Shown: positions 56,768 to 64,000 of the stretch, one piece after another
How the letters are laid out: each line of letters starts with the position of its first letter
Position numbering within the stretch: position 1 is the first letter of the stretch
DNA from: an uncultured Smithella sp.
GTDB lineage: Bacteria; Desulfobacterota; Syntrophia; Syntrophales; Smithellaceae
Reading direction: 5' to 3'
Length of the DNA: 64,000 nucleotides
Assembly (NCBI GenBank): GCA_964547345.1
Contig: CAZJMX010000005.1
Span: 64,678 to 128,677 of the forward strand
Notes under the pieces: generated by a model
What the model saw: the letters and a program-made list of their open reading frames with translations, nothing else
Databases searched by the model: none
What the model was told of the DNA's origin: nothing
Position numbers and translations under genes: made by a program

Positions 56768-57124
56768 ATGACGGAAAGAACAGCACAGGATCAGAAAATA
56801 TTTGAATTGACCGAAGTCTATGACGAACGAAGCGGTCATGAACGCAGTTCGACAAACGGCAAGGGGCCTCAGCAGATCATTGTAATCGACGGCAGGGGCT
56901 ATGAGAGCATCAGTCCGGAAGGTCAGAATATCCATGATCTTACAGAGGTTGTGGAAGATCGTCCGATGAACGTTCAAATCAATGATCTTGTGATGAAGCG
57001 GACCGAGGAGATGATTGAAAGAATCGTCCGGGACGTGATTCCGGAAATTGCCGAACGAGTGATCCGGGAAGAAATTGAAAAGCTCAAGAAACCCAACCGC
57101 GAATCTGGCTCGAATCAGGATTAA
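56768..57124 (+). CDS. Small acidic hypothetical protein with two I-x-[ED]-LTEV repeats and an amphipathic C-terminal helix
   Basis: The AGGGAG RBS, IFELTEVYDER and IHDLTEVVEDR, and a C-terminal IERIVRDVIPEIAERVIREEIEKLKK. Confidence 0.5.
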   Translation: MTERTAQDQKIFELTEVYDERSGHERSSTNGKGPQQIIVIDGRGYESISPEGQNIHDLTEVVEDRPMNVQINDLVMKRTEEMIERIVRDVIPEIAERVIREEIEKLKKPNRESGSNQD

Positions 57125-57127
57125 AGC

Positions 57128-57817
57128 ATGAAAAAAACCCTAACGGCTTTGTTGCTTCTCATTTTGTTGACAGGCATTCTTTATCATGGGGTGTGGGCTG
57201 CGGAAGTCTGGACGGATTTGAACCTTCAGGTCGACGGGAAGGCGGTTGTTTTAAAAAATGATGTCGCCCGCGCTCGCGAGCAGGCCGTTAAAGACGCGCT
57301 GGAAAAAGCAATTCTTCAGACGGCGGCAATGCTGTTGGCCGATAAATATGAAGATGAAAAATTTCAAGCTGTGAAAAGCATACTGACAGGCAAGGCCGAC
57401 CAGTACGTCAAAAACTATCGCATCACATCGGAGAAAAGCGAGCAGGATGAATATGTCGCCAGTGTGAATGTAATGGTTGCCCAGGCGTCCGTCAGAAACG
57501 ATCTCATTCAAATGGGCCTTCTAAAGCATTCGGAAGCAGCGGCCAACACATCCGTATCCGTCGTCCTAAAAGGTGTGAAAAAATATTCAGATTTTACGCG
57601 TTTACGAAATTTTTTACAAAGCCGGACACAAATCGTAAAAAGCGTTTATCCCTGCAGCCTGGAATGGCAGCAGGCCCGCTGTGATCTGATCGTTACAGGC
57701 GACGTGCAAACCCTGGCGTCCGATCTTGAAAGATCGGGCCGATATGTCGTGGAGGCACCCGGGAAAAAACAAGACGGCTTTGAAATTTATTTGAGAATGA
57801 AAGAGGAAACAAAATGA
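57128..57817 (+). CDS. Secreted protein, weakly LPP20/FlgT-like
   Basis: A signal peptide and the ARAREQAVKDALEKAILQTAAMLL helix typical of LPP20-type folds. The functional call is weak. Confidence 0.5.
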   Translation: MKKTLTALLLLILLTGILYHGVWAAEVWTDLNLQVDGKAVVLKNDVARAREQAVKDALEKAILQTAAMLLADKYEDEKFQAVKSILTGKADQYVKNYRITSEKSEQDEYVASVNVMVAQASVRNDLIQMGLLKHSEAAANTSVSVVLKGVKKYSDFTRLRNFLQSRTQIVKSVYPCSLEWQQARCDLIVTGDVQTLASDLERSGRYVVEAPGKKQDGFEIYLRMKEETK

Positions 57818-58413
57818 TGCGACGCCCTGTTCAGTTTATAGCACTGACGACGATTTTTATTGGCCTTTATGCCTGTTCGTCCAATGATACGGCGGTCTTA
57901 AAAGATGCTCGGACTAAAAACGAGGTGAGTGTTATTGCACTGATGCCTGTAGAGAATCAGACGCAGGATGCCAGAGTGCCTCTCCTGCTTCGGGCAAAAA
58001 TATCCGAAGGGCTCCGTTTCAAGGGGTATCCTCAAATTTTTCCTGAAGCTGTTGATGGCCAATTCAAGCCTTTGCGCCGTCCTGATGGGGTCGCGAAGGA
58101 AAGCGTTGTTGCATCGAGAGCGGCTTCGGAAAAGTCTGGAGCTGATGCCGCTATGTACTGTACCTTGCAAGAAAGTCGAGCCCAGACAGCGGTGTTTTAT
58201 GCGCCCGCCACCGTGGCGGTACGCTGTGAATTGCGCAGTCTTAAAACAGGCGAAACACTTTGGCAGGCTCAATACAGATCCACAAGCAGAAGTTTTGATC
58301 TGATGCATACAAGGCTCAAAATGAAATCCGAAGGAGCGTTGGAAGCCGCGTTGGAGGAAGTGGTCGGTAAGGTGATGGAGACGCTCCCCTACGGGCCGAA
58401 GTTAAGAGGGTAA
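57814..58413 (+). CDS. DUF799/GNA1162-like lipoprotein
   Basis: Lipobox GLYAC. VIALMPVENQT...GADAAMYCTL...VAVRCELRSLKTGETLWQA parallels the N-terminal domain of the 1-2484 protein. Confidence 0.7.
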   Translation: MMRRPVQFIALTTIFIGLYACSSNDTAVLKDARTKNEVSVIALMPVENQTQDARVPLLLRAKISEGLRFKGYPQIFPEAVDGQFKPLRRPDGVAKESVVASRAASEKSGADAAMYCTLQESRAQTAVFYAPATVAVRCELRSLKTGETLWQAQYRSTSRSFDLMHTRLKMKSEGALEAALEEVVGKVMETLPYGPKLRG

Positions 58414-58465
58414 CAAAATTTCCCGGTCAGGATTTTATGACCTGCGGGAAAGTGAGGAGAATGCC

Positions 58466-59230
58466 ATGAAAAAATGGATACTGATTATTTGTTCGATGGC
58501 CCTTATGCTGGTTGCTTTTTCCAGCGCTCAGGCCAAATCGTCTCTAGCTGTTAAAATGGCACAGGGGGAGGCGAAAATCATGGCGCTGAGAGGCACTGCC
58601 CAGGCCATGTGTCCGGCGCAAAAAGAAGCCAGGGCTTTGAAGACAAATGATATGATCCAGGCCGGATGCGTTGTGACCACCGGCGCCGACAGTCGTTTGG
58701 AGTTGGTGTTACCCGACAAGAGTGTGGTGCGATTTGCTGAAAAAACTAATTTTAAACTGATTTCAGCCGATACCGCGGAGGATGGAAAGCGCTCAGTGGG
58801 CATTTCCGTCGGGGTTGGAAAGGTCTGGATGAATGTGCGCAAGTCTCTTCTGGGCGGAGATGATAAGTTTGAAGTATCCTGTCAGAATGCCGTAGCCGGT
58901 GTTCGCGGCACCGTGTACCGCATGGATGTTGAAAACGACCAATCTGCGCAAGTAAAAGTCTACGAAGGTGAAGTCAACGTGGCTGCCGCACCCAAGGCTC
59001 AGCAAGCGCCCGTGATGGCCGTCGGGCCGCCCAGGCCTGTTGCCGGTCCGACCGCCGTTGCCGGTCCCAAACCCGTATCGATTGCGGAATGGGGATATAT
59101 TGTGAAATCCATGCAGCAGATTCAAATCGGCTCTGACGGAAAGGCTGAAGCGCCCAAAGCATTCATCGAATCCGAAGATATGGATGACTGGGTCAAGTGG
59201 AATAAAAAAAGAGATCGAAGAAACCTTTAA
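58466..59230 (+). CDS. FecR-domain secreted protein with a Pro-rich linker
   Basis: A signal peptide, then GADSRLELVLPDKSVVRFAEKTNFKL...AGVRGTVY (FecR fold motifs). Confidence 0.75.
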   Translation: MKKWILIICSMALMLVAFSSAQAKSSLAVKMAQGEAKIMALRGTAQAMCPAQKEARALKTNDMIQAGCVVTTGADSRLELVLPDKSVVRFAEKTNFKLISADTAEDGKRSVGISVGVGKVWMNVRKSLLGGDDKFEVSCQNAVAGVRGTVYRMDVENDQSAQVKVYEGEVNVAAAPKAQQAPVMAVGPPRPVAGPTAVAGPKPVSIAEWGYIVKSMQQIQIGSDGKAEAPKAFIESEDMDDWVKWNKKRDRRNL

Positions 59231-59251
59231 CACAACAAGATATCGGGTTGT

Positions 59252-59809
59252 ATGAATATACCAAATTTTTTATCTTTGCTGCGGATTATCCTTGTTCCCG
59301 TGTTTGTCATTTTTTTAATTCAGGCGGAGTATGAGAAAGCATTGGCCACGTTTGCCGTTGCCGGCTTGACGGATGCTTTGGATGGAACGCTGGCCAGGCT
59401 TTTGAAATGTCAGACCAAACTGGGTGCTTTTCTGGATCCTATAGCGGATAAATTGCTTTTGGTGACCAGTTTTGTTTCCCTCGCACTTTTCGGACTGATT
59501 CCCGGTTGGCTGGCCGTCATCGTCATCAGCCGTGATTTTATTATTTTACTGGGGATCGCTATTTTAACTATGATGTCAATACCTTATGAGATAAAACCTG
59601 CTGTCGTCGGCAAGATGACAACTGCCCTTCAGGTCGCCACCATCTTCTTCGTTTTGGTATACAAAGCATTTACCCATGATTTCAGTTATTTCTGGATTAT
59701 CGGTCTTTGCTGGGCCACGGCGTTGTTGACGGTCATTTCCGGGTTGACCTATATCATCCGCGGGATCAGGATTGTGAATCAATCCGCACCCAAAGAGGTC
59801 AAAAAATAA
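59252..59809 (+). CDS. pgsA: CDP-diacylglycerol--glycerol-3-phosphate 3-phosphatidyltransferase
   Basis: CDP-alcohol phosphatidyltransferase motif DALDGTLAR...GAFLDPIADK. Confidence 0.88.
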   Translation: MNIPNFLSLLRIILVPVFVIFLIQAEYEKALATFAVAGLTDALDGTLARLLKCQTKLGAFLDPIADKLLLVTSFVSLALFGLIPGWLAVIVISRDFIILLGIAILTMMSIPYEIKPAVVGKMTTALQVATIFFVLVYKAFTHDFSYFWIIGLCWATALLTVISGLTYIIRGIRIVNQSAPKEVKK

Positions 59810-59870
59810 GATATTTGCTTGACATGTAATTGTTTTACTGCTAGTTGACCTAGCTCTAAAAGTTGAATAA

Positions 59871-59945
59871 AGGCAAGTAGCTCAGGGGGAGAGCGCCATC
59901 CTGACGCGGTGGATGTCCAGGGTTCAAATCCCTGCTTGCCTACCA
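59871..59945 (+). tRNA. tRNA-Val (anticodon GAC), CCA encoded
   Basis: Hand-folded cloverleaf. The acceptor is AGGCAAG/CUUGCCU and the D arm GCUC-AGGGGGA-GAGC. The anticodon arm is CCAUC-CUGACGC-GGUGG and the T arm CAGGG-UUCAAAU-CCCUG. The discriminator is A, followed by CCA. Confidence 0.93.
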
Positions 59946-59984
59946 TTTAAAACAACTGCGCATGTACCGTAAATGCCGATAACG

Positions 59985-60018
59985 AAAAGGGCATCAACAA
60001 AAATGGTGATGCCCTTTT
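59985..60018 (+). terminator. Rho-independent terminator after tRNA-Val
   Basis: GGGCATCA...TGATGCCC followed by TTTT. Confidence 0.8.
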
Positions 60019-60059
60019 AAAATGAAGTGAAATGGTAAGCGACTGACTTACGTGTTAAA

Positions 60060-61976
60060 ATGATGAACATAAAAGTAATTTTTCCAGATAAAAGTGAGCG
60101 GACGTTTCCCGCGGGTCTGACCGCAGGTGAGGCTGTTGGATTTTGGAAGAAAGAGGCGCTGGATGATTCTGTCGCAGCCAAAGTCAACGGCGTTGCCGTG
60201 GACTTATGTGCTGTTCTGACGGGGGACGCGGTGGTTGCGCCTATTGGCGCTTCATCTAAAGAAGGTCTTTCCATTTTACGCCACAGCATTTCGCATGTCA
60301 TGGCCAATGCCGTTCAGGATGTTTTCAAGGGCGTCAAAGTTGCCATTGGACCATCCATTGAAGACGGCTTTTACTACGATTTCGAATATTCCGAAACCTT
60401 TACCCTGGACGATTTTGAAAAGATAGAAAAACGGATGAAAGAAATTGTCGCGGCTGATTATCCGTTTGTTCGTGACGAGTTGTCCCGGGAAAAGGCTGTC
60501 GAGTTATTCGGCGCCAGAGGCGAAAATTATAAAGTCGAATTGATCAACGATCTGCCCGCGGATGTGACGGTTGTCAGTCTGTACAAAGACGGGGATTATG
60601 TTGATTTATGCCGCGGTCCGCATATTCCGTCCACGGCGAAAATCGGGGCGTTTAAGCTTTTGAGTGTGGCGGGGGCTTACTGGCGCGGCGATGAAAGAAA
60701 TAAAATGCTCCAGCGCATTTACGGCACGGGCTTTGCCGATGAACAGTCGCTGGCTGATTATCTGACGCTGCTGGAAGAATCCAAAAAAAGAGATCACCGC
60801 CGTCTGGGCAAGGAACTTGATTTGTTCCAGATCAATGAAGAAGCTGGGGCGGGGTTGATCATCTTTCACCCCAAGGGGATGCTGCTACGTTATCTGATCG
60901 AAGACTGGGAAAGAAAAGAGCACCTGAAACGCGGTTACGATATGGTGATGGGACCACAGATTCTCAAAGTAGACCTGTGGAAAAAATCAGGACATTTCGA
61001 CCATTACCGCGAAAACATGTATTTTACGGAAGTCGACGAGCAGATTTACGGCATCAAGCCGATGAACTGTCTGGCTCATATGCTCATCTATAAATCCAAA
61101 ATCCGCAGCTATCGTGATTTGCCACTGCGCTATTTTGAGCTGGGGACGGTGCATCGCCATGAGAAAACCGGCGTGTTGCATGGTCTTTTGCGTGTGCGTC
61201 AATTTACGCAGGATGACGCCCATATTCTTTGTATGCCCGAACAACTCAATGCGGAAATTCGTGCCATTGCTGATTTTGTCAATTACGCAATGGGTGTTTT
61301 TGGCTTTGAGTATGAAGTGGAATTAAGTACACGGCCCGAGCATTCCATCGGTTCAGACACGGACTGGGATCTGGCCACGCAGGCGTTGGAAAATGCGTTG
61401 AAGGACAACAATATCAGTTACGAAGTTAATGAAGGCGACGGAGCATTCTACGGTCCCAAAATTGATTTTAAGCTCAAAGATGCTTTGAAAAGAAAATGGC
61501 AGTGTGCGACCATTCAATGCGATTTCACGCTGCCGGAGCGATTTGATCTGAGCTATATCGGAGCCGATGGTGAAAAACATCGTCCGGTCATGCTCCATCG
61601 GGTGATTCTGGGTGCAGTGGAACGTTTTATGGGCGTTCTGATCGAACATTACGCGGGTGCTTTTCCGGTTTGGCTTGCGCCGACACAATGCATTTTATTG
61701 ACCGTAACCGATAAGCACATTCCATATGCCCAAAAGGTTCATGAGCAGCTGATTGCCGCCGGTATTCGTAGTGAGAAGTTTTTTGAAAATGAAAAACTGG
61801 GCTACAAAATACGTCAGGCGCAACTCCAAAAAATTCCGTACATGTTGGTGATTGGCGATAAGGAAATGGAAGCTGGCACGGTGGCGCCGCGGGCGCGAGA
61901 CGGCCAGAATCTCGGTGCGTTGCCGGTAGAACAGTTTATTGCATTAGTGCAGGAAATGTGTGACACAAAGAAGTAA
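60060..61976 (+). CDS. thrS: Threonine--tRNA ligase
   Basis: TGS domain, the second additional domain, class II core ([25 protein letters not shown]) and anticodon-binding domain. Confidence 0.97.
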   Translation: MMNIKVIFPDKSERTFPAGLTAGEAVGFWKKEALDDSVAAKVNGVAVDLCAVLTGDAVVAPIGASSKEGLSILRHSISHVMANAVQDVFKGVKVAIGPSIEDGFYYDFEYSETFTLDDFEKIEKRMKEIVAADYPFVRDELSREKAVELFGARGENYKVELINDLPADVTVVSLYKDGDYVDLCRGPHIPSTAKIGAFKLLSVAGAYWRGDERNKMLQRIYGTGFADEQSLADYLTLLEESKKRDHRRLGKELDLFQINEEAGAGLIIFHPKGMLLRYLIEDWERKEHLKRGYDMVMGPQILKVDLWKKSGHFDHYRENMYFTEVDEQIYGIKPMNCLAHMLIYKSKIRSYRDLPLRYFELGTVHRHEKTGVLHGLLRVRQFTQDDAHILCMPEQLNAEIRAIADFVNYAMGVFGFEYEVELSTRPEHSIGSDTDWDLATQALENALKDNNISYEVNEGDGAFYGPKIDFKLKDALKRKWQCATIQCDFTLPERFDLSYIGADGEKHRPVMLHRVILGAVERFMGVLIEHYAGAFPVWLAPTQCILLTVTDKHIPYAQKVHEQLIAAGIRSEKFFENEKLGYKIRQAQLQKIPYMLVIGDKEMEAGTVAPRARDGQNLGALPVEQFIALVQEMCDTKK

Positions 61977-62014
61977 GATATCAGGACAGGACGGATTAAT
62001 CCGGGAGGTGACCT

Positions 62015-62524
62015 ATAGTTAAGGATTTAAGAATCAACAGGGAAATAAAGTCGGCTACGGTGAGGGTGATCAACGAAGAAGGGCAGCCGTTGGGTGTTAT
62101 CTCGTTGGATGAAGCGATTGCCAATGCGGAGCGAGCCGGTATGGATTTGGTGGAAGTTTCCTCCAATACCGAGCCACCCGTTTGCAAAATCATGGACTAT
62201 GGAAAATACCGTTATAAGCAAAATAAAAAACTCCATGACGCCAAAAAGAGTCAGACGGTTATTCATGTCAAGGAAATCCGCCTGAGACCCAAAACGGAAT
62301 CGCATGACTTGCAAGTGAAGATTAAACATATAAAGAAATTTTTGGAACAACATGACAAAGTGAAAGTATCGATGATGTTCCGCGGTCGCGAAATCGCCTT
62401 TACCGAAATCGGTCGCAGGATTATGGATCAGATCAAAGCGGCGCTGGTCGATGACTGCATCATGGATCAGGAGCCTCGTCTGGAAGGCCGAAACATGGTC
62501 ATGATTGTTTCGCCCAAGAAATAA
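62015..62524 (+). CDS. infC: Translation initiation factor IF-3, probable AUA start
   Basis: The frame has a stop at 62009-62011. IVKDLRINREIKSATVRVINEEGQ matches the IF-3 N-terminus upstream of the first GTG (62060). GGGAGG at 62003-62008 is 6 nt before ATA 62015. Confidence 0.85.
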   Translation: MVKDLRINREIKSATVRVINEEGQPLGVISLDEAIANAERAGMDLVEVSSNTEPPVCKIMDYGKYRYKQNKKLHDAKKSQTVIHVKEIRLRPKTESHDLQVKIKHIKKFLEQHDKVKVSMMFRGREIAFTEIGRRIMDQIKAALVDDCIMDQEPRLEGRNMVMIVSPKK

Positions 62525-62556
62525 ATAGAAAGAGAAAATAATAAAGAGGTGAGAAT

Positions 62557-62754
62557 ATGCCAAAAATGAAAACACACAGAGGAGCTGCCAAGCGTTTTTC
62601 GATTACTGCCAGCGGTAAGGTAAAGCGCAGTAAGGCCTTTGCCAGCCACATCCTCACAAAGAAGACCACCAAAAGAAAAAGAGCTTTGAGGAAATCCTCG
62701 CTGGTGCATTCTGCCAATGAAAGCGCCATTAAAAGGCTGATTCCTTATCTGTAG
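62557..62754 (+). CDS. rpmI: 50S ribosomal protein L35
   Basis: [14 protein letters not shown]. Confidence 0.97.
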   Translation: MPKMKTHRGAAKRFSITASGKVKRSKAFASHILTKKTTKRKRALRKSSLVHSANESAIKRLIPYL

Positions 62755-62802
62755 TTTATAAAGAAATATCGAAGTTGTATGAATTGAGGAGAGTAGAAGA
62801 AA

Positions 62803-63162
62803 ATGGCAAGGATCAAAAGAGGCGTCACCGCCCGCAAGAAAAGAAGAAAGATATTAAAGATGGCCAAGGGGTTCTTTGGCTCGCGCCACCGGCTGCTTCG
62901 AACAGCGACGGAAGCCGTCCATAAGGCTCTGACTTATGCCTATCGTGACCGCAGAGGCCGGAAAAGAGAGTTCCGCCAGTTATGGATTGCGCGCATTAAT
63001 GCAGCCGCCCGTCTGAATAATATAACCTACAGCCGTCTCATCGACGGGATGAAGAAGGCGGATATCGCTTTGGACCGCAAGATTCTGGCCGAACTGGCCG
63101 TGAATGATCCGCAGGGCTTTGCTAAAGTGGTTGCAGTGGCCAAAGGCGAGCAGGCGGCATGA
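62803..63162 (+). CDS. rplT: 50S ribosomal protein L20
   Basis: [19 protein letters not shown]...[14 protein letters not shown]. Confidence 0.97.
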   Translation: MARIKRGVTARKKRRKILKMAKGFFGSRHRLLRTATEAVHKALTYAYRDRRGRKREFRQLWIARINAAARLNNITYSRLIDGMKKADIALDRKILAELAVNDPQGFAKVVAVAKGEQAA

Positions 63163-64000
63163 TAGCGGATCTTGAGCAGCTGGAGAAAGACGCACTGGCC
63201 GAGCTTGAAAGCGCTCAGGTGGAAGATGCGATTCTGGCTGTGAGAACGAAATATCTCGGTCGCAAAGGCCTCTTAACCGGGCTTCTGAGAAACATTTCCC
63301 AGGTGCCGGTTGAGGAGAAGCCGTTGTTCGGCAAGCGTTGCAACGAAGTCAAGGTTCTTCTGGAATCCAAAATGGATGGAGCCCTTGAGCGACAAACCCA
63401 GGGTCTGAAAGAAGAAGCGCTGACTCGGGAAAAAATAGACGTGACGCTCCCCGGCAGGGGCAGTCGCTGTGGTAGAATGCATCCCGTTATGCAAATCCGG
63501 CGGGAAATTTGTGATATTTTCTCTTCTTTCGGATTTTCCGTTGTCGAAGGCCCCGAAGTCGAACTGGATTATTATAATTTTGAAGCTCTCAATATTCCAA
63601 AGGATCATCCCGCCCGGGACATGCAGGATACCTTCTATGTTGAGGACAATGTTGTTTTGCGCACGCACACATCGCCGGTTCAGGTGCGGGTGATGGAGAG
63701 GGTCAAACCGCCGGTGCGCATTTTGTCGCCGGGCAGGGTTTATCGCCGGGATTCCGACGTGTCTCACACGCCGATGTTTCATCAAATCGAAGGATTGCTG
63801 GTCGATAAAAATGTCAGTTTCGCCGATCTGAAAGGCATTCTGACCGCTTTTCTGAAAAAAGTTTTCGGTGACGAGACGACCTTGCGTTTCCGACCCAGCT
63901 TCTTCCCCTTTACCGAACCTTCCGCCGAAGTCGATATTCGTTGCGTTATGTGCCGAGGCAAGGGTTGCCGCGTTTGCGGGCAGACCGGATGGTTGGAAAT
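63159..64000 (+). CDS. pheS: Phenylalanine--tRNA ligase alpha subunit, 3'-truncated by the window end
   Basis: My own translation from ATG 63159 (overlapping the rplT stop, ATGA) gives [40 protein letters not shown] and [16 protein letters not shown]. The frame is open to base 64000. Confidence 0.93.
   Translation, partial: MIADLEQLEKDALAELESAQVEDAILAVRTKYLGRKGLLTGLLRNISQVPVEEKPLFGKRCNEVKVLLESKMDGALERQTQGLKEEALTREKIDVTLPGRGSRCGRMHPVMQIRREICDIFSSFGFSVVEGPEVELDYYNFEALNIPKDHPARDMQDTFYVEDNVVLRTHTSPVQVRVMERVKPPVRILSPGRVYRRDSDVSHTPMFHQIEGLLVDKNVSFADLKGILTAFLKKVFGDETTLRFRPSFFPFTEPSAEVDIRCVMCRGKGCRVCGQTGWLE

Overview
This is a 64-kb chromosomal segment of about 50% GC. Gene content suggests an anaerobic Desulfobacterota-like (deltaproteobacterial) genome: an Ahb siroheme decarboxylase next to hemL, atpZ-atpI-atpB, a four-subunit 2-oxoacid:ferredoxin oxidoreductase, and a BcrAD/BadFG-type activase. 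The taxon call is inference only. I count about 70 protein genes and one tRNA (Val-GAC), with no rRNA, CRISPR array, transposase or integrase. Most of the window is housekeeping: mutL-miaA, valS-nadC, birA-coaX-coaE, hemL, ribD, argS, the ffh-rpsP-KH-rimM-trmD-rplS-rnhB-yraN block, rsmI, pgsA, and thrS-infC-rpmI-rplT-pheS. Nucleotide-sugar genes are also present (gmd, fcl, a TviB-like dehydrogenase, ugd, uxs). Six things deserve a second look. (1) A GEMM-I (c-di-GMP-I) riboswitch-like leader sits in front of a pilD / FimT-PilV-PilW-PilX minor-pilin / vWA-PilY1 cluster, which also has an internal sigma-54-type promoter. (2) A 3-kb decayed accessory island lies between nadC and birA. It opens with a REP/REPIN-like doublet and holds a broken LPP20-like lipoprotein gene, a MutS-domain-I-like stub and two type II toxin-antitoxin pairs. 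One pair (BrnT/BrnA) is bracketed by terminal inverted repeats and a 4-bp direct repeat, like a transposase-less mobile cassette. (3) A monocistronic, roughly 1436-aa fused double-activase/DUF2229-type protein has no partner dehydratase in the window. (4) LPP20-like and DUF799/GNA1162-like envelope lipoprotein modules recur, including a DUF799-Ig-FN3-beta-helix fusion. (5) A NusG paralog heads the oxidoreductase operon. (6) The F0 genes are split, and atpE carries a signal-peptide-like extension. All functional calls come from reading the translated ORFs and motifs by eye; no database search was run.
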